The notes under the pieces: model-generated
What the model was told of the DNA's origin: nothing
The model's database searches: none
What the model saw: the letters and a program-made list of their open reading frames with translations, nothing else
Program-made: the position numbers and the translations under genes
Shown here: piece after piece, positions 28,436 through 38,742 of the stretch
How positions within the stretch are numbered: position 1 is the stretch's first letter
How the letters are laid out: each line of letters starts with the position of its first letter
Source of the DNA: an uncultured virus (IMG/VR IMGVR_UViG_3300042870_000870)
Taxonomy: Duplodnaviria > Heunggongvirae > Uroviricota > Caudoviricetes
Virus record (IMG/VR): IMGVR_UViG_3300042870_000870
DNA length: 60,745 nucleotides
Strand: one strand, 5' to 3'

Positions 28436-28500
28436 CTCAAAGGGGTTTCATTAATTGGAACCCCTTTTTTATTTTAAAAAATTATACATATATTTGTAAT

Positions 28501-28938
28501 ATGAAAAATGTCATTGATAATCGAAAAGCTTATTTTAATTATAATATCGAGGATAAGTACACCGCAGGTATACAATTAATTGGTACTGAAATAAAGTCCA
28601 TTCGTGAAGGTAAATTAAATTTTAACGATTCATTTTGTTTATTCATCAATGGTGAATTATTTGTCCGAGGGATTTACATATCAGATTATTCTTTTGGTGT
28701 AAAACATGAAAATGTTAGAGATAGGAAATTACTACTAACCAAAAAGGAATTAAAGAAAATACAGGAATCAATTAAAGAAAAGGGATATACGATTGTACCA
28801 TTAAAAGGGTACTTTACGGATACGAATTATTTTAAAATAGAGATTGGTATTGGTAAGGGTAAAAAGTCCTACGATAAGAGAGAAACAATAAAAAAAAGGG
28901 ACTCTGAACGTGAGGTTAGAAGATTGGTGACCACATAA
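28501..28938 (+). CDS. smpB: SsrA-binding protein
   Basis: NRKAYFNY, AGIQLIGTEIKSIR, RDRKLLL and GKGKKSYDKRETIK motifs. Start at 28501. Confidence 0.95.
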   Translation: MKNVIDNRKAYFNYNIEDKYTAGIQLIGTEIKSIREGKLNFNDSFCLFINGELFVRGIYISDYSFGVKHENVRDRKLLLTKKELKKIQESIKEKGYTIVPLKGYFTDTNYFKIEIGIGKGKKSYDKRETIKKRDSEREVRRLVTT

Positions 28939-29052
28939 ACGAACAAAAGGTCCGAAGACCCTTTGCCGAGATTAAAAACACCTCCTTTTCGTTTAGATAA
29001 GTTATCGTTTAACGGCGACCAAACCAATTAAACTCTACTTATAAATATCACG

Positions 29053-29961
29053 TTATACATATCTTTGCGCTAAAAGTTTTAACATTCCCATACCCATTGT
29101 TCCACCAAACATTCCACCATCATCTTCCTGGCTTTTATCTCTACCTTCGATTTTGGCTAAATCACTTTCTGATGTATTTGAATTAACCATTTCAGAAAAT
29201 TTTTCATTTTTTGAGAAACGTTCCAATTCATTAGGGTCCCCCATTCTTCTTTCAAAATCTGTTAAATTTGGAATACCTAAAATAGCCAATAAATTATTAG
29301 CAACTATAAAATTTCTAATATATTGTCTTTTTGCTCTACTACCTAAATAAGTTATATTATACCAGTTAGATAACCATGTTTTTGGTGCATATCCTTTTTT
29401 AACAATATATTGTGCTAATTTTTCTTCTCTAAAAAATTTAGTTAGTCCCCCACCAATTTTACCGGTACTAACAACCGCACTTGCAATCCCTTTAGGTCTT
29501 TCCAATAATTTAGTAAGAACCGACTTATGTTGAGTTAAGGAAATTTGAATTTGTTTTGCAAACGTAGGTGAAACTTCATCAACCTGAGAAATTAATTTAT
29601 TTACTGTCTTACTATCTGCGTATTTACCTAATTTACTATATTGTTCAGCAACCTTAGGGTTCTTTCTCAAGAATGAAACCATTTCATCGGTTCCCTTTAA
29701 TGCATTTTTTGCTAACGGAGATTTAAATATTTTTATCAAAGGTTTTGCTATAAAATCACCAACTGTTGGTATTAAAGCAAATAACATTAAACCAGCGTAT
29801 AACCATTCTCTTTTGTAACAATAATAAATAATCAAAGCTAAATCGGCAACTTCACCGATAACGGGAACAAATCCCACTATCATTAAAGTATTCTCAATCC
29901 AGTTTTCATTTATGACCTGTTTTGATTCTAATAACTCTTCTTTAGTGTAATATTTTTTCAT
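29053..29961 (-). CDS. Putative virion-internal protein with pre-toxin-TG-like hydrophobic motif
   Basis: Leader ending in VINE; GFVPVIGEVADL and ALIPTVGD motifs. Confidence 0.5.
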   Translation of the reverse strand: MKKYYTKEELLESKQVINENWIENTLMIVGFVPVIGEVADLALIIYYCYKREWLYAGLMLFALIPTVGDFIAKPLIKIFKSPLAKNALKGTDEMVSFLRKNPKVAEQYSKLGKYADSKTVNKLISQVDEVSPTFAKQIQISLTQHKSVLTKLLERPKGIASAVVSTGKIGGGLTKFFREEKLAQYIVKKGYAPKTWLSNWYNITYLGSRAKRQYIRNFIVANNLLAILGIPNLTDFERRMGDPNELERFSKNEKFSEMVNSNTSESDLAKIEGRDKSQEDDGGMFGGTMGMGMLKLLAQRYV

Positions 29962-30590
29962 TATCCGTGTATTAAATTACAAAATTTTGCTCCAGCAATT
30001 TCACCAAGATTAGAAGCTTCTATTGATTCACCAAATAAATTACCAACACCTAATTTAACAACCTCACTTCCACCTGGAGATACTCGCCCACCAATATATG
30101 AACCAATACTTTTCATTATGGCATCACATAGAGCTGGCATACTATCGGATGCCATACAAGATGACATATCTTTAAATGGTTTTAATAAATTAAGTGGGTC
30201 AAATCTTGCAAATGTTGAAGCCACAAATTCCGACGCCTCACCTTTTAACCCTAAATTACTAAGTAACCATCTTATTGCGTATTCTTTAATTGACGTCATT
30301 ATAGTTCCTTTTGCAATCTTACCCCAGTCAGCATTTTTAACTTGTGATAATGCATCATCACCAGCTGCAACTAATGAACTTGCGTCTTGTTCGTTTAAAA
30401 AACTTTCAATCTCATCCATTTCATACCCCTCACTTATTAAGTTTGAGGAAGCTATTAACACTCTAGTTAAGAATTCATCTTTACTAGATGAACCCCTAAC
30501 TATTGAAAAAGATTCTTGAAAAATTTCTTTTCTTGTACGTTGTAAATTTTCACTTACAACCTTTCTAATATCTACTTTTATATTACTCAT
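29961..30590 (-). CDS. Putative virion-internal protein
   Basis: Co-transcribed with its neighbours; LISE and FLNEQ sites. Confidence 0.5.
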   Translation of the reverse strand: MSNIKVDIRKVVSENLQRTRKEIFQESFSIVRGSSSKDEFLTRVLIASSNLISEGYEMDEIESFLNEQDASSLVAAGDDALSQVKNADWGKIAKGTIMTSIKEYAIRWLLSNLGLKGEASEFVASTFARFDPLNLLKPFKDMSSCMASDSMPALCDAIMKSIGSYIGGRVSPGGSEVVKLGVGNLFGESIEASNLGEIAGAKFCNLIHG

Positions 30591-30593
30591 TTT

Positions 30594-32639
30594 TTATTGT
30601 TTTACCCAAACGTATTTAACCCCGTAACCTTTATCTTTGTCTTTAATTGATTCTTCTCTATATCCCAATGTTGCAACATATTGACTTAATTGGTCTTTAG
30701 CGTCTCCTCCCATGGATTCTCCTTTATATTTAAGTCTTCCTCCTTCACTAAAGATGTATGGGAATTCAGGATTTGATCCATCACCATAGTTTGATTGTAA
30801 CATTTTGTAAATTGATTCACCATTATTAGATGACCCGCTACCCATATCAATAGGTTTAACTTTACCTGTTAAATCACCTAATTTAGTGGTATCGGATAAT
30901 TTTATTTTTTCTGTAGATATTGGTGCCAATTCTGCGTCACTATATTTTTTACGTTCAGGTTCGGAGGTCTCGGCTCCACCACATTTGGCTTTAACGGCAT
31001 CATATATTTCTTTTGTAATACCACCTGATAAATCATAAGTTGGTTCCATTGTACGCTTTGTTTTAGGTCCAAAATAACCTTTTTGTGGTGTGATACCTAA
31101 ACAACCTTGTATTTCTGCAATTTTTGGTGAAATACAACCAAATTCAAATGGAAAATCTTTAGAAGAACAATCATGATAATTAACTCCAGATTTACTACCT
31201 CCACCAACACTTCCTCCACCAACTGGTGTTTCATCTTTCTTTTCACCATCCCATGAGATATCTATTTTGGATAACCCAATTTTACCAGCAACTGGAGGTG
31301 TCACACCGGGTGTCACAGGTTGTGTACTTGTATTATTTGCTAAAGCAATAATTTGAGGTTTCATGTTTTTAGCCTTTACGCTTAAATTTGCAACACCGAC
31401 ACCCTGAACGTCAGATACAAAATCTTTGTCCTCATCTTCTTTATAATATTGTAAGAATTTTTTAATTGCATCCTCACCATTATTTGTTTTACCTTTTAAT
31501 GCCGTTAAAATATTAAAAAGACTTTGTAAATTATATTCAGCAACATATCCATCTAAATCATCTACAGCATCATCAACATATGTATCCATCATTTCATCAC
31601 TAATTTCATTAGCTTGCTCATTAAGTACTAATCTTGTTAATGACATTATTTTTGATTCCGTCTGTATTTTTACCTGACCATCTTTACATTTCCATGTACC
31701 CATTTTCTTTGTTTTAATATCGGCAACTCTACCGTTAGAGACAAAATTCAATCCTTCGGGATATTCTGGAGTTACTAAACGTACAACCGTTAACTTACTG
31801 GCACCTACCTGCATTATTGTACCTTCTTTTGAATCAAGTAATTCTTTGATACAAGGTGCCCATTGAGTATCGTCAGCCGGTGGAGTCGGTGGCGTTTCTG
31901 CTGGTTTTTCACCATCAGCAACAAACCCATCCAACATATACCAAAGAGCGGCGGCACCAATACCTAATCCAGCACCCCATGCAACCATTTCTTTCCAACT
32001 TCGCTTTTTCTTTAATTGTTCTTGTATTTTAGTTTTCCATTTTTCCCATAAAGTTTTTATATTTGATGGTGCTGGTGGTACATTAGGTTTAGGATTAGGT
32101 TTACCGGACGTTGCTCCAATATCTTTTTTTGCAATTGTTTCAGGGCGAGCGTATGGTTTTCCAGTTTTTGGATCTATTTGATTAAATTTCTTTTGTACAA
32201 TTTTTGTTATTGCATCTTCACTATAACCTGCTTGTTTTAATGCCTTTTCATATGCCGGCTGTCCTTTTGCAAATTCAGCTGCATATTTTTGGTCAAATAC
32301 TTTATTTCTAACTAAATTTTCTGAAGCTAAATCAATTAATTTAGCATTTTTAGTATTTGATTTTAAAACACCCAATTCTAATGAACCTTTTAATGTTTTT
32401 GATAGTCTGTTACCTTTTAACGCAGCTAATAATTCTTCAGCTGTTCTAATTCCATTTTTCGTTAATTCGGCAGCAATCTTTTGGTCCTTAATCATTATTT
32501 TAAGGTAAGCCTCTAATTCAGAAGCCACTAATTTACCTTCTCTCGCTGCGGATGCGATTAAATCCTCATCTAAAGATTGTTTAATAGTTTCAATAAGACT
32601 CATTTTATTTCTTATTGGCGAATAGTTTTTATTTTCCAT
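30594..32639 (-). CDS. Large putative virion/ejection protein with TM segment and PG-binding-like motif
   Basis: WGAGLGIGAAALWY; VLNEQ; IAEIQGCLGI...GYFGPKT. Confidence 0.5.
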   Translation of the reverse strand: MENKNYSPIRNKMSLIETIKQSLDEDLIASAAREGKLVASELEAYLKIMIKDQKIAAELTKNGIRTAEELLAALKGNRLSKTLKGSLELGVLKSNTKNAKLIDLASENLVRNKVFDQKYAAEFAKGQPAYEKALKQAGYSEDAITKIVQKKFNQIDPKTGKPYARPETIAKKDIGATSGKPNPKPNVPPAPSNIKTLWEKWKTKIQEQLKKKRSWKEMVAWGAGLGIGAAALWYMLDGFVADGEKPAETPPTPPADDTQWAPCIKELLDSKEGTIMQVGASKLTVVRLVTPEYPEGLNFVSNGRVADIKTKKMGTWKCKDGQVKIQTESKIMSLTRLVLNEQANEISDEMMDTYVDDAVDDLDGYVAEYNLQSLFNILTALKGKTNNGEDAIKKFLQYYKEDEDKDFVSDVQGVGVANLSVKAKNMKPQIIALANNTSTQPVTPGVTPPVAGKIGLSKIDISWDGEKKDETPVGGGSVGGGSKSGVNYHDCSSKDFPFEFGCISPKIAEIQGCLGITPQKGYFGPKTKRTMEPTYDLSGGITKEIYDAVKAKCGGAETSEPERKKYSDAELAPISTEKIKLSDTTKLGDLTGKVKPIDMGSGSSNNGESIYKMLQSNYGDGSNPEFPYIFSEGGRLKYKGESMGGDAKDQLSQYVATLGYREESIKDKDKGYGVKYVWVKQ

Positions 32640-32662
32640 TTTTATTTTTTGATTTTTTTATT

Positions 32663-33919
32663 TTAAAGTTGATCGTAATTGTATTCGGACTCAATATCCG
32701 GGTTTGTTAATGCCAATTCGAGCGATTGTTCATAATCATTTTTTTGTCCTTGTGTATATGCCCCAATTCCTCCTAATAATGCTCCCGTATTTAACGCCGT
32801 TTGTGCACCACTACCCAATTTACCACCACCTAACGCCGATTTAAGTACTTTTCCGGGTTTACTTACAACATTAACTGCAGCCTTAGCTCCACCACTTAAT
32901 AAATTAATAATTTGTGTCATGAAACCACCAATAGCATTTAGTGGTGTACTTATAAAACTATAAATTTTTGGGGACGTTGTTTTTAAATTAGCTAACGCCT
33001 TTCCTATAAGTCCCTTAGCTCCTGTTAAAGCGTCTAATATTTTTTTAGCGATTCCTTGTAATGCTACGTTCGATTTGATTGCCTTTGTAAATCCTTCAGT
33101 ACCCGCTCCAAAACTTTTAAGTGCCGCTCCCACAATTCCTTTAGCTCCTTTAGCCGCTATACCAGCAAAAACTAATCCTATAATATCAACACCTAAAAAA
33201 AGTAATCTCCAAGGTAATGATAATGTAGTATCTTCGTGATTTCCTGAAATTAATTCATATATATCTAAACCAACAACTATAGCCCATATAACAAATTGTG
33301 CTCCTTTACCAACACCTGTAGCGATTAAAATTGCGTCTAATAAAATACCGATCGGGTTGTACAATGCTGCCCTAATTGATCTTGCAACGTATAAAATACC
33401 CTTTCCAATAATTTCAAAGGCTTTCTTCCATTCACCATCTTTAATATTCGTGTATAGTTTTTTTAGACCGTCTATAGAGGTGTTTGTAAAATCTTTTACT
33501 CCTTGTACGGCCGCCGCTCCTGTTTCTTTTGCATAATCCCAAGCATCGGAGAAGTAATTTCGTTCAGATAAAAGTTGTTTAATGTAAGGTTTTAAACCTG
33601 ACATATTTTGATTAGATTCAGTAATTAAAAATGAGTCTAAAGAAGTTAATACCGATTCTTTGATTTCTTGAGGTAAATTTGTTGCAACTTCAAACGAATG
33701 TTTTAAAAAGAACTTAAAATGGTCAAAATTTTCCCAAATATTACCAATTTTAACTTTATTTTCTACGTCAATTAAATCGTCAAGAAAAATACAAAACTTT
33801 TCATCTGGTGATAACCATTCAGCAATTACTATTGATTCTGATGATATTGGTCTTCCGTACATTCCCAATATTCTGTTTTGTTCAGATTCCGTAACTATTT
33901 GTCTTCTTTGATATACCAT
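32663..33919 (-). CDS. Putative virion/ejection protein with Gly/Ala-rich membrane-insertion helices
   Basis: Leader IVTESEQNRILGMY; several hydrophobic helices; TATTTATA at 33938. Confidence 0.55.
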   Translation of the reverse strand: MVYQRRQIVTESEQNRILGMYGRPISSESIVIAEWLSPDEKFCIFLDDLIDVENKVKIGNIWENFDHFKFFLKHSFEVATNLPQEIKESVLTSLDSFLITESNQNMSGLKPYIKQLLSERNYFSDAWDYAKETGAAAVQGVKDFTNTSIDGLKKLYTNIKDGEWKKAFEIIGKGILYVARSIRAALYNPIGILLDAILIATGVGKGAQFVIWAIVVGLDIYELISGNHEDTTLSLPWRLLFLGVDIIGLVFAGIAAKGAKGIVGAALKSFGAGTEGFTKAIKSNVALQGIAKKILDALTGAKGLIGKALANLKTTSPKIYSFISTPLNAIGGFMTQIINLLSGGAKAAVNVVSKPGKVLKSALGGGKLGSGAQTALNTGALLGGIGAYTQGQKNDYEQSLELALTNPDIESEYNYDQL

Positions 33920-33956
33920 ACTTTTTAGAGTTTTTTATATAAATATCTCAATAATT

Positions 33957-34223
33957 TTATTTTAATGGATTTGATTTACCTCTTTTTAATACACTACCGA
34001 CAATATCACTCCATTTTGTTACCCCAATTTGATTAGATGGACCCCTTGTTACTCCACTTTCCCATTTACCAACCGAAGGATAACCCTGACCTCCCGATTG
34101 AGCACTTGACGTACCAGTTTCAGGTTGAGTGGCGGAAGGGTCCGCTTGTTCCTCCATTTCTTTCTCAGAAACTTCTTGTGATAATATAACTTTTAATTGT
34201 CTTTCGTTAATTAGTAATTCCAT
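33957..34223 (-). CDS. Small leader-motif protein
   Basis: MELLINERQLKVIL; internal repeat KWESGVTRGPSNQ/KWSD...KRGKSNP. Confidence 0.65.
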   Translation of the reverse strand: MELLINERQLKVILSQEVSEKEMEEQADPSATQPETGTSSAQSGGQGYPSVGKWESGVTRGPSNQIGVTKWSDIVGSVLKRGKSNPLK

Positions 34224-34303
34224 AATATATAAATACTAAATAATATCTTTGAGGGACATTATTATTTTTAAAAATACGTAATTTAATGGAGTTTATAAAG
34301 ACA

Positions 34304-34687
34304 TTAATCCTCGTATATGTCGGGATTTTCTTTTGAGAACATTTTTATGTATTGACCGGCCTTAGCATTTGCCTCATCTTCTATCTCACCTCCAATATCG
34401 GGAGGTCTAACCTCTAATCTACCCTGTTCAAATTGTTTGTGGTGAACTAATTCATGTGCCACACTCCTCATGATGTCAACAAGTGCTCTGTTTTTACCAT
34501 AAACCTTAACTACCTTGTTTTCTTTGGTGTAATCGTAATTTGCGGTGGTTTTAAGACCATCTCTATTGCTTTTAATAACAATGGTCGGAATAGAATCCAA
34601 TTCCAATTGATTTTTAACGAATTTAACAAACCCGTTTAATTTTTCCTTATTGATATCGCTTAAAAGTGCCATAGTAATAAATATCAC
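34304..34687 (-). CDS. HExxH metallopeptidase-like protein
   Basis: AHELVHHKQ...EDEANA. Confidence 0.65.
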   Translation of the reverse strand: MIFITMALLSDINKEKLNGFVKFVKNQLELDSIPTIVIKSNRDGLKTTANYDYTKENKVVKVYGKNRALVDIMRSVAHELVHHKQFEQGRLEVRPPDIGGEIEDEANAKAGQYIKMFSKENPDIYED

Positions 34688-34932
34688 AAAGTTTTTTCTT
34701 CGGGTAAATCGTTTTCTTTTAGATATTGTTCAATTAATTCAATAATGAAATCCTCATCAATATCCTCCAAATCCACCTCGTCAATTATTTCTGGTGAGTA
34801 GTACTTAACCTCGTCATACCCTAATTGTAAGACCCTGTAAAAAGTGTCGCCGTCCTCATCCGTTGAGAATTCAACAGACAACCTTCTATGGTCCTCATCG
34901 TAATAGTATTCAATTATATTCATGGTAAACAT
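34684..34932 (-). CDS. Acidic hypothetical protein
   Basis: ORF only. Confidence 0.6.
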   Translation of the reverse strand: MFTMNIIEYYYDEDHRRLSVEFSTDEDGDTFYRVLQLGYDEVKYYSPEIIDEVDLEDIDEDFIIELIEQYLKENDLPEEKTL

Positions 34933-35015
34933 TGATAATTATATTCTTTTTATTCAAAAAACAAAAAATTGTTTAATCATATACAAAATACCATAAAAAT
35001 TATGTAATTTATAGT

Positions 35016-35345
35016 ATGTTAGACTGGTATACAATTAATTATCTTTATCCTAAATCCTTTGAGAGGTTTTCTAATGTCATGTTCCCAAATGTTGGGGTGG
35101 TTAGTTTATCGACTCTTGAATTTTATGACGCTAAAAAATTATATCAATTTTTTGACAAAGAGGGTGTATATTTGAATGTTGAGATGTATAACCCACATCA
35201 ATGGGTTTTTAGTGTATCACTTTCTAATGGAATAGTGTTTGGTCCAACACAAGAATCTAAAAAAAATAGAGAAGATGTTGAATATGATGGATTTGTGGAA
35301 TGTTTTAAAATAATGGATAAAATAATAAGAGATAAGACCCAATAG
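35016..35345 (+). CDS. Hypothetical protein
   Basis: ORF only. Confidence 0.65.
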   Translation: MLDWYTINYLYPKSFERFSNVMFPNVGVVSLSTLEFYDAKKLYQFFDKEGVYLNVEMYNPHQWVFSVSLSNGIVFGPTQESKKNREDVEYDGFVECFKIMDKIIRDKTQ

Positions 35346-35352
35346 TATTTAT

Positions 35353-35649
35353 ATGGAGATGACAATTAATTTTTTACTACAAACAATGAGGGTTCTACAT
35401 GTCGGTAATTACGATGAGGAAGAACTATCAATGGTGTATAACTTCATAACTTCTGTTACCGATGACGTATTAAATGACTATAAAGATACATGTACAATTT
35501 TATCATATGAAAATGATTTAGAGTTATATATGGAGATTTTAGACATTTGTATTGTTATTTTTGAAGATAGGGAAGAATATGAAAAATGTCAAAAATTAAA
35601 AGATAAAAAAGAAGAAGTAATAAAAATAATAGAAAATAAAACAATTTAA
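35353..35649 (+). CDS. Hypothetical protein with UVR-like motif
   Basis: EEYEKCQKLKD. Confidence 0.65.
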   Translation: MEMTINFLLQTMRVLHVGNYDEEELSMVYNFITSVTDDVLNDYKDTCTILSYENDLELYMEILDICIVIFEDREEYEKCQKLKDKKEEVIKIIENKTI

Positions 35650-35652
35650 ATC

Positions 35653-35805
35653 ATGAGCGTATTTGGAATGTCGGAAGACGAAAAAAAGAAAATACTTGAT
35701 AAACATAAAGAGGCAACTAAAAACCATTATGTTAAAGTAGATGAAACAAAAAAAGGTTTACAAAAACCAGTAGATAAGAAAGACATAAAAAAAACCTCCA
35801 AATAG
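35653..35805 (+). CDS. 50 aa leader-motif protein, absent from the ORF track
   Basis: MSVFGMSEDEKKKILDKHKE resembles LTDKEREQILEQH of 52494..53084; ends at a bidirectional terminator. Confidence 0.6.
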   Translation: MSVFGMSEDEKKKILDKHKEATKNHYVKVDETKKGLQKPVDKKDIKKTSK

Positions 35806-35819
35806 GAGGTTTTTTTTTA

Positions 35820-36620
35820 TTATGAAAATATATTATAGTATTCTCTCCATGTACATTTAATTAAATGATATTTTGATGTGTCTTTTAAATACGTTATATC
35901 AAATACCTTCTCATCACTACCGATAAATTCAGATTCTATACATTCGTTTACTGTGTTGTTAAAATTAAATAATAAATCATTAACTAAATTTGATGGTACA
36001 AAAAATGCCGTCCCTTGAATATTCCTAACCTGTGATAAAGAATGCCATTGATTATCATGTACACCAAATGGGTCATTATGACTAAAAAATGTTATTTTGT
36101 TATTATCTAAATTATTTATTTTTTCAATGTTTGGCCAAACCTTACCTTGATAAACTTCGACAGGTTCTCTTAAACCTCCCGCGTCTGCCCAAATAACAAA
36201 GTCGTTATCGAAATACCCATTATCAACACAATGTTTAATCCAATAAACTTTATTGAACATGATAACATTGTATAATGGTTTATCCATCTCAGGTACATCA
36301 AAATGTGCTTTTTGTAGAAACACATCCGAAAACATTAAATCATTTAATTTTTGATTATAGAGTTTATATCCTTCCAATTCCTCTAATTCTTGAATAACAA
36401 TAATAGTTTTTTCTAAATTAACATCATATTTTCTTCTATAACTTTCAATTTCATCTTTGAATTTTTGTTGAGTGTATATTACAAGATTGGAATCTAAGGA
36501 TAATGTTCGTTCCATCCAATGAATGTATCCACCATATGATTGTGTGAATTTTTCCCATTTATCCCTACCAATGTCGTAAAGTGCGGTAACAATTACCGGA
36601 TTGTTTATAGCCATTCCCAT
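35820..36620 (-). CDS. HtrL/WlaTC-like glycosyltransferase
   Basis: IVTALYDIGR, YNVIMFNK and WADAG motifs. Confidence 0.7.
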   Translation of the reverse strand: MGMAINNPVIVTALYDIGRDKWEKFTQSYGGYIHWMERTLSLDSNLVIYTQQKFKDEIESYRRKYDVNLEKTIIVIQELEELEGYKLYNQKLNDLMFSDVFLQKAHFDVPEMDKPLYNVIMFNKVYWIKHCVDNGYFDNDFVIWADAGGLREPVEVYQGKVWPNIEKINNLDNNKITFFSHNDPFGVHDNQWHSLSQVRNIQGTAFFVPSNLVNDLLFNFNNTVNECIESEFIGSDEKVFDITYLKDTSKYHLIKCTWREYYNIFS

Positions 36621-37360
36621 GTTATTTTAACGTTTTTATGATATATGTTAACCTCATTAACATCAAATAATAATGATGTATTATCAGGTTGTATTATTGT
36701 ATTTAATTTCATTCCATGATAATTTAACATGGTTGGTACAAATCCTTCGTGATATGCGTGAAATTGATTTTCGTTATCTGTTAATAGTTGTTTTAATGCT
36801 CTGTTCGAAAATCTTGTAGTTGGAAAGAAGGAACCGAAATATTCTGTTACCTCATTTGGCATCACAGCTCCATGACCAGGAAACCTATAAAACCATTGGT
36901 CATTTGAAAACATTCTACTATCTGTTGTATGTATATTCGGTTGCGATAATACTCCTTTATTTTTAAAACAAAAATAAGCTAAAAAGTCTGAATCGTCTTT
37001 ATCAACACCATCAAAAAATTTAGACCAATTGTCCATTCTAATATCATCATCAAAAAACCAATAGTAATCGTAATATGGATTGGATATGTAGAAATTTAAC
37101 ATCCTTAGGTGCGCATAAAACCACGCTATGTTTCTTCTACCTAAACAATTCCAATAATTAGTGGTGCTCGGTTCAGTATTAAAATTTAAATTTGTTTTTA
37201 AATCATTTTCATCAAATGTAAATCCAATATCAAAAGATTTATCTTTTGTGTTATCTGAAACAAATAAAAATTCTTTACCACTATCTTTAAAATTATCCCA
37301 ATGCTGGTGATAATGTGGGTACATTTCAGGTGTTGTACAAACACAATATACGTTATTCAT
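36605..37360 (-). CDS. Probable GT-A glycosyltransferase
   Basis: YDYYWFFDDD motif; in the glycosylation cluster. Confidence 0.6.
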   Translation of the reverse strand: MNNVYCVCTTPEMYPHYHQHWDNFKDSGKEFLFVSDNTKDKSFDIGFTFDENDLKTNLNFNTEPSTTNYWNCLGRRNIAWFYAHLRMLNFYISNPYYDYYWFFDDDIRMDNWSKFFDGVDKDDSDFLAYFCFKNKGVLSQPNIHTTDSRMFSNDQWFYRFPGHGAVMPNEVTEYFGSFFPTTRFSNRALKQLLTDNENQFHAYHEGFVPTMLNYHGMKLNTIIQPDNTSLLFDVNEVNIYHKNVKITWEWL

Positions 37361-38171
37361 ATTCTTTAATTAAAATTTCATGCCATTCAGGTACTCTATT
37401 AAATTGATGTACGATGTCAAATAGTTTATCGTCTCCGGTATATACTTTACCATCAATAAATTTTGGTACACCATATCTAGACTCTAAATTTCTCCTTAAA
37501 CCCCAAGACTCAAAGAATTGTGTTGGTCCAGATGATTGACAATGCATTGCCCATCCTTCATCTAAACTAAAAACTTTCAATTTATCAACCATCCCTTTCG
37601 CCATCATGATTATTAATGCAGCTTGGTCCCTAACATTGTGACCATTAACAGCATATTCACACATTAAGTGCATTTTCTCAAATAAATGCATCAATGACTC
37701 TCTTTTACCCCCAATAACACCCGAACATGTGATTTCATTATTAATACAACATTCAATTTCACCAGGAAAACATCTATTAATAACATCAGTATTCCATGGC
37801 TCCTCTCTTAACATAATACCTTCATTACTAACAAATAAATCGTAATTATCTAAATCGAATTTATCAAATGGATTTGATTGAAATAGAACGTCAAAAACAT
37901 CTGTTGATAAGAAAACATCAATATCACTTGCTTTTAAAAATTGTGATATGTGAAATAATCTTTTATTATTTATATACCACGGGTCACCAACATCTGCAAC
38001 ATGATATGTGATATTTAATTCTTCACAAACCCTAATATCTTCTTCGTCTGCGTTCGCGGCAATCAATATAACTTCTCCATCGGAATGTTTTCTAAAACTT
38101 TCCGACCACACTTTAATTTTACTCTTATGTTCTTTTATTTTATTGGATATTCCAATTAGTGCTGTTTTCAT
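37353..38171 (-). CDS. Probable glycosyltransferase
   Basis: STDVFDVLFQSNPF, CSGVIGG, DQAAL and VHQFNR motifs. Confidence 0.7.
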   Translation of the reverse strand: MKTALIGISNKIKEHKSKIKVWSESFRKHSDGEVILIAANADEEDIRVCEELNITYHVADVGDPWYINNKRLFHISQFLKASDIDVFLSTDVFDVLFQSNPFDKFDLDNYDLFVSNEGIMLREEPWNTDVINRCFPGEIECCINNEITCSGVIGGKRESLMHLFEKMHLMCEYAVNGHNVRDQAALIIMMAKGMVDKLKVFSLDEGWAMHCQSSGPTQFFESWGLRRNLESRYGVPKFIDGKVYTGDDKLFDIVHQFNRVPEWHEILIKEYE

Positions 38172-38172
38172 A

Positions 38173-38742
38173 TTAACAATTTAATCTACTTTCTTCTAAT
38201 TCATTATTGAAATTTAAAATAGTTGGCCAAAGATACTCAATTAAATAATTTGTGTGACTTATCACTTGATTTGGTATTGAGTCCTTTATTTTTTGGTACG
38301 ATTCCTTTTCTCTCATTAATATTAATTCTTTAGATACAATACATTGAGCGGAATTAATAAACATTATTGGTAACTCATATTTTATCCCAATACTATCGGC
38401 ATAATCTATCGTTTCTTTAACTATGTGATCAACACTCCTAATATAAGATATACCTAATGGGTGAAATTTTTTAGTAAAGTCAAACTCGTTAACTTTTTGG
38501 ATAAATCTCGGACAATGATAAAATGGATTATCTTGACTAAAACAAACATAATCGGGTAGATTATCATAATTGTCAATAATATACTTTAAATAAACTATAG
38601 TATCAAATCCAACATTAGGTAAATTTATTTCATATAAATCAACTTCATTTGGATTTTTATTATAAACAATAACTTTGTGTTTAATATTTGATATCCAAGT
38701 TAAATCTTCTTTAAAGTGGCAAATAACAACCGTTAATTCCAT
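38173..38742 (-). CDS. DUF3431-like protein
   Basis: EDLTWI, PNVG, YIIDNYDNLPD and FSQDNPFYH motifs. Confidence 0.7.
   Translation of the reverse strand: MELTVVICHFKEDLTWISNIKHKVIVYNKNPNEVDLYEINLPNVGFDTIVYLKYIIDNYDNLPDYVCFSQDNPFYHCPRFIQKVNEFDFTKKFHPLGISYIRSVDHIVKETIDYADSIGIKYELPIMFINSAQCIVSKELILMREKESYQKIKDSIPNQVISHTNYLIEYLWPTILNFNNELEESRLNC

Noticed and set aside
28393..28500. N-terminal extension of smpB
   Set aside because: It overlaps the tmRNA 3' end and terminator; SmpB similarity starts at 28501.
28977..28990. rRNA gene fragment
   Set aside because: Only about 12 nt resemble the 16S 3' end, with no flanking rRNA similarity.
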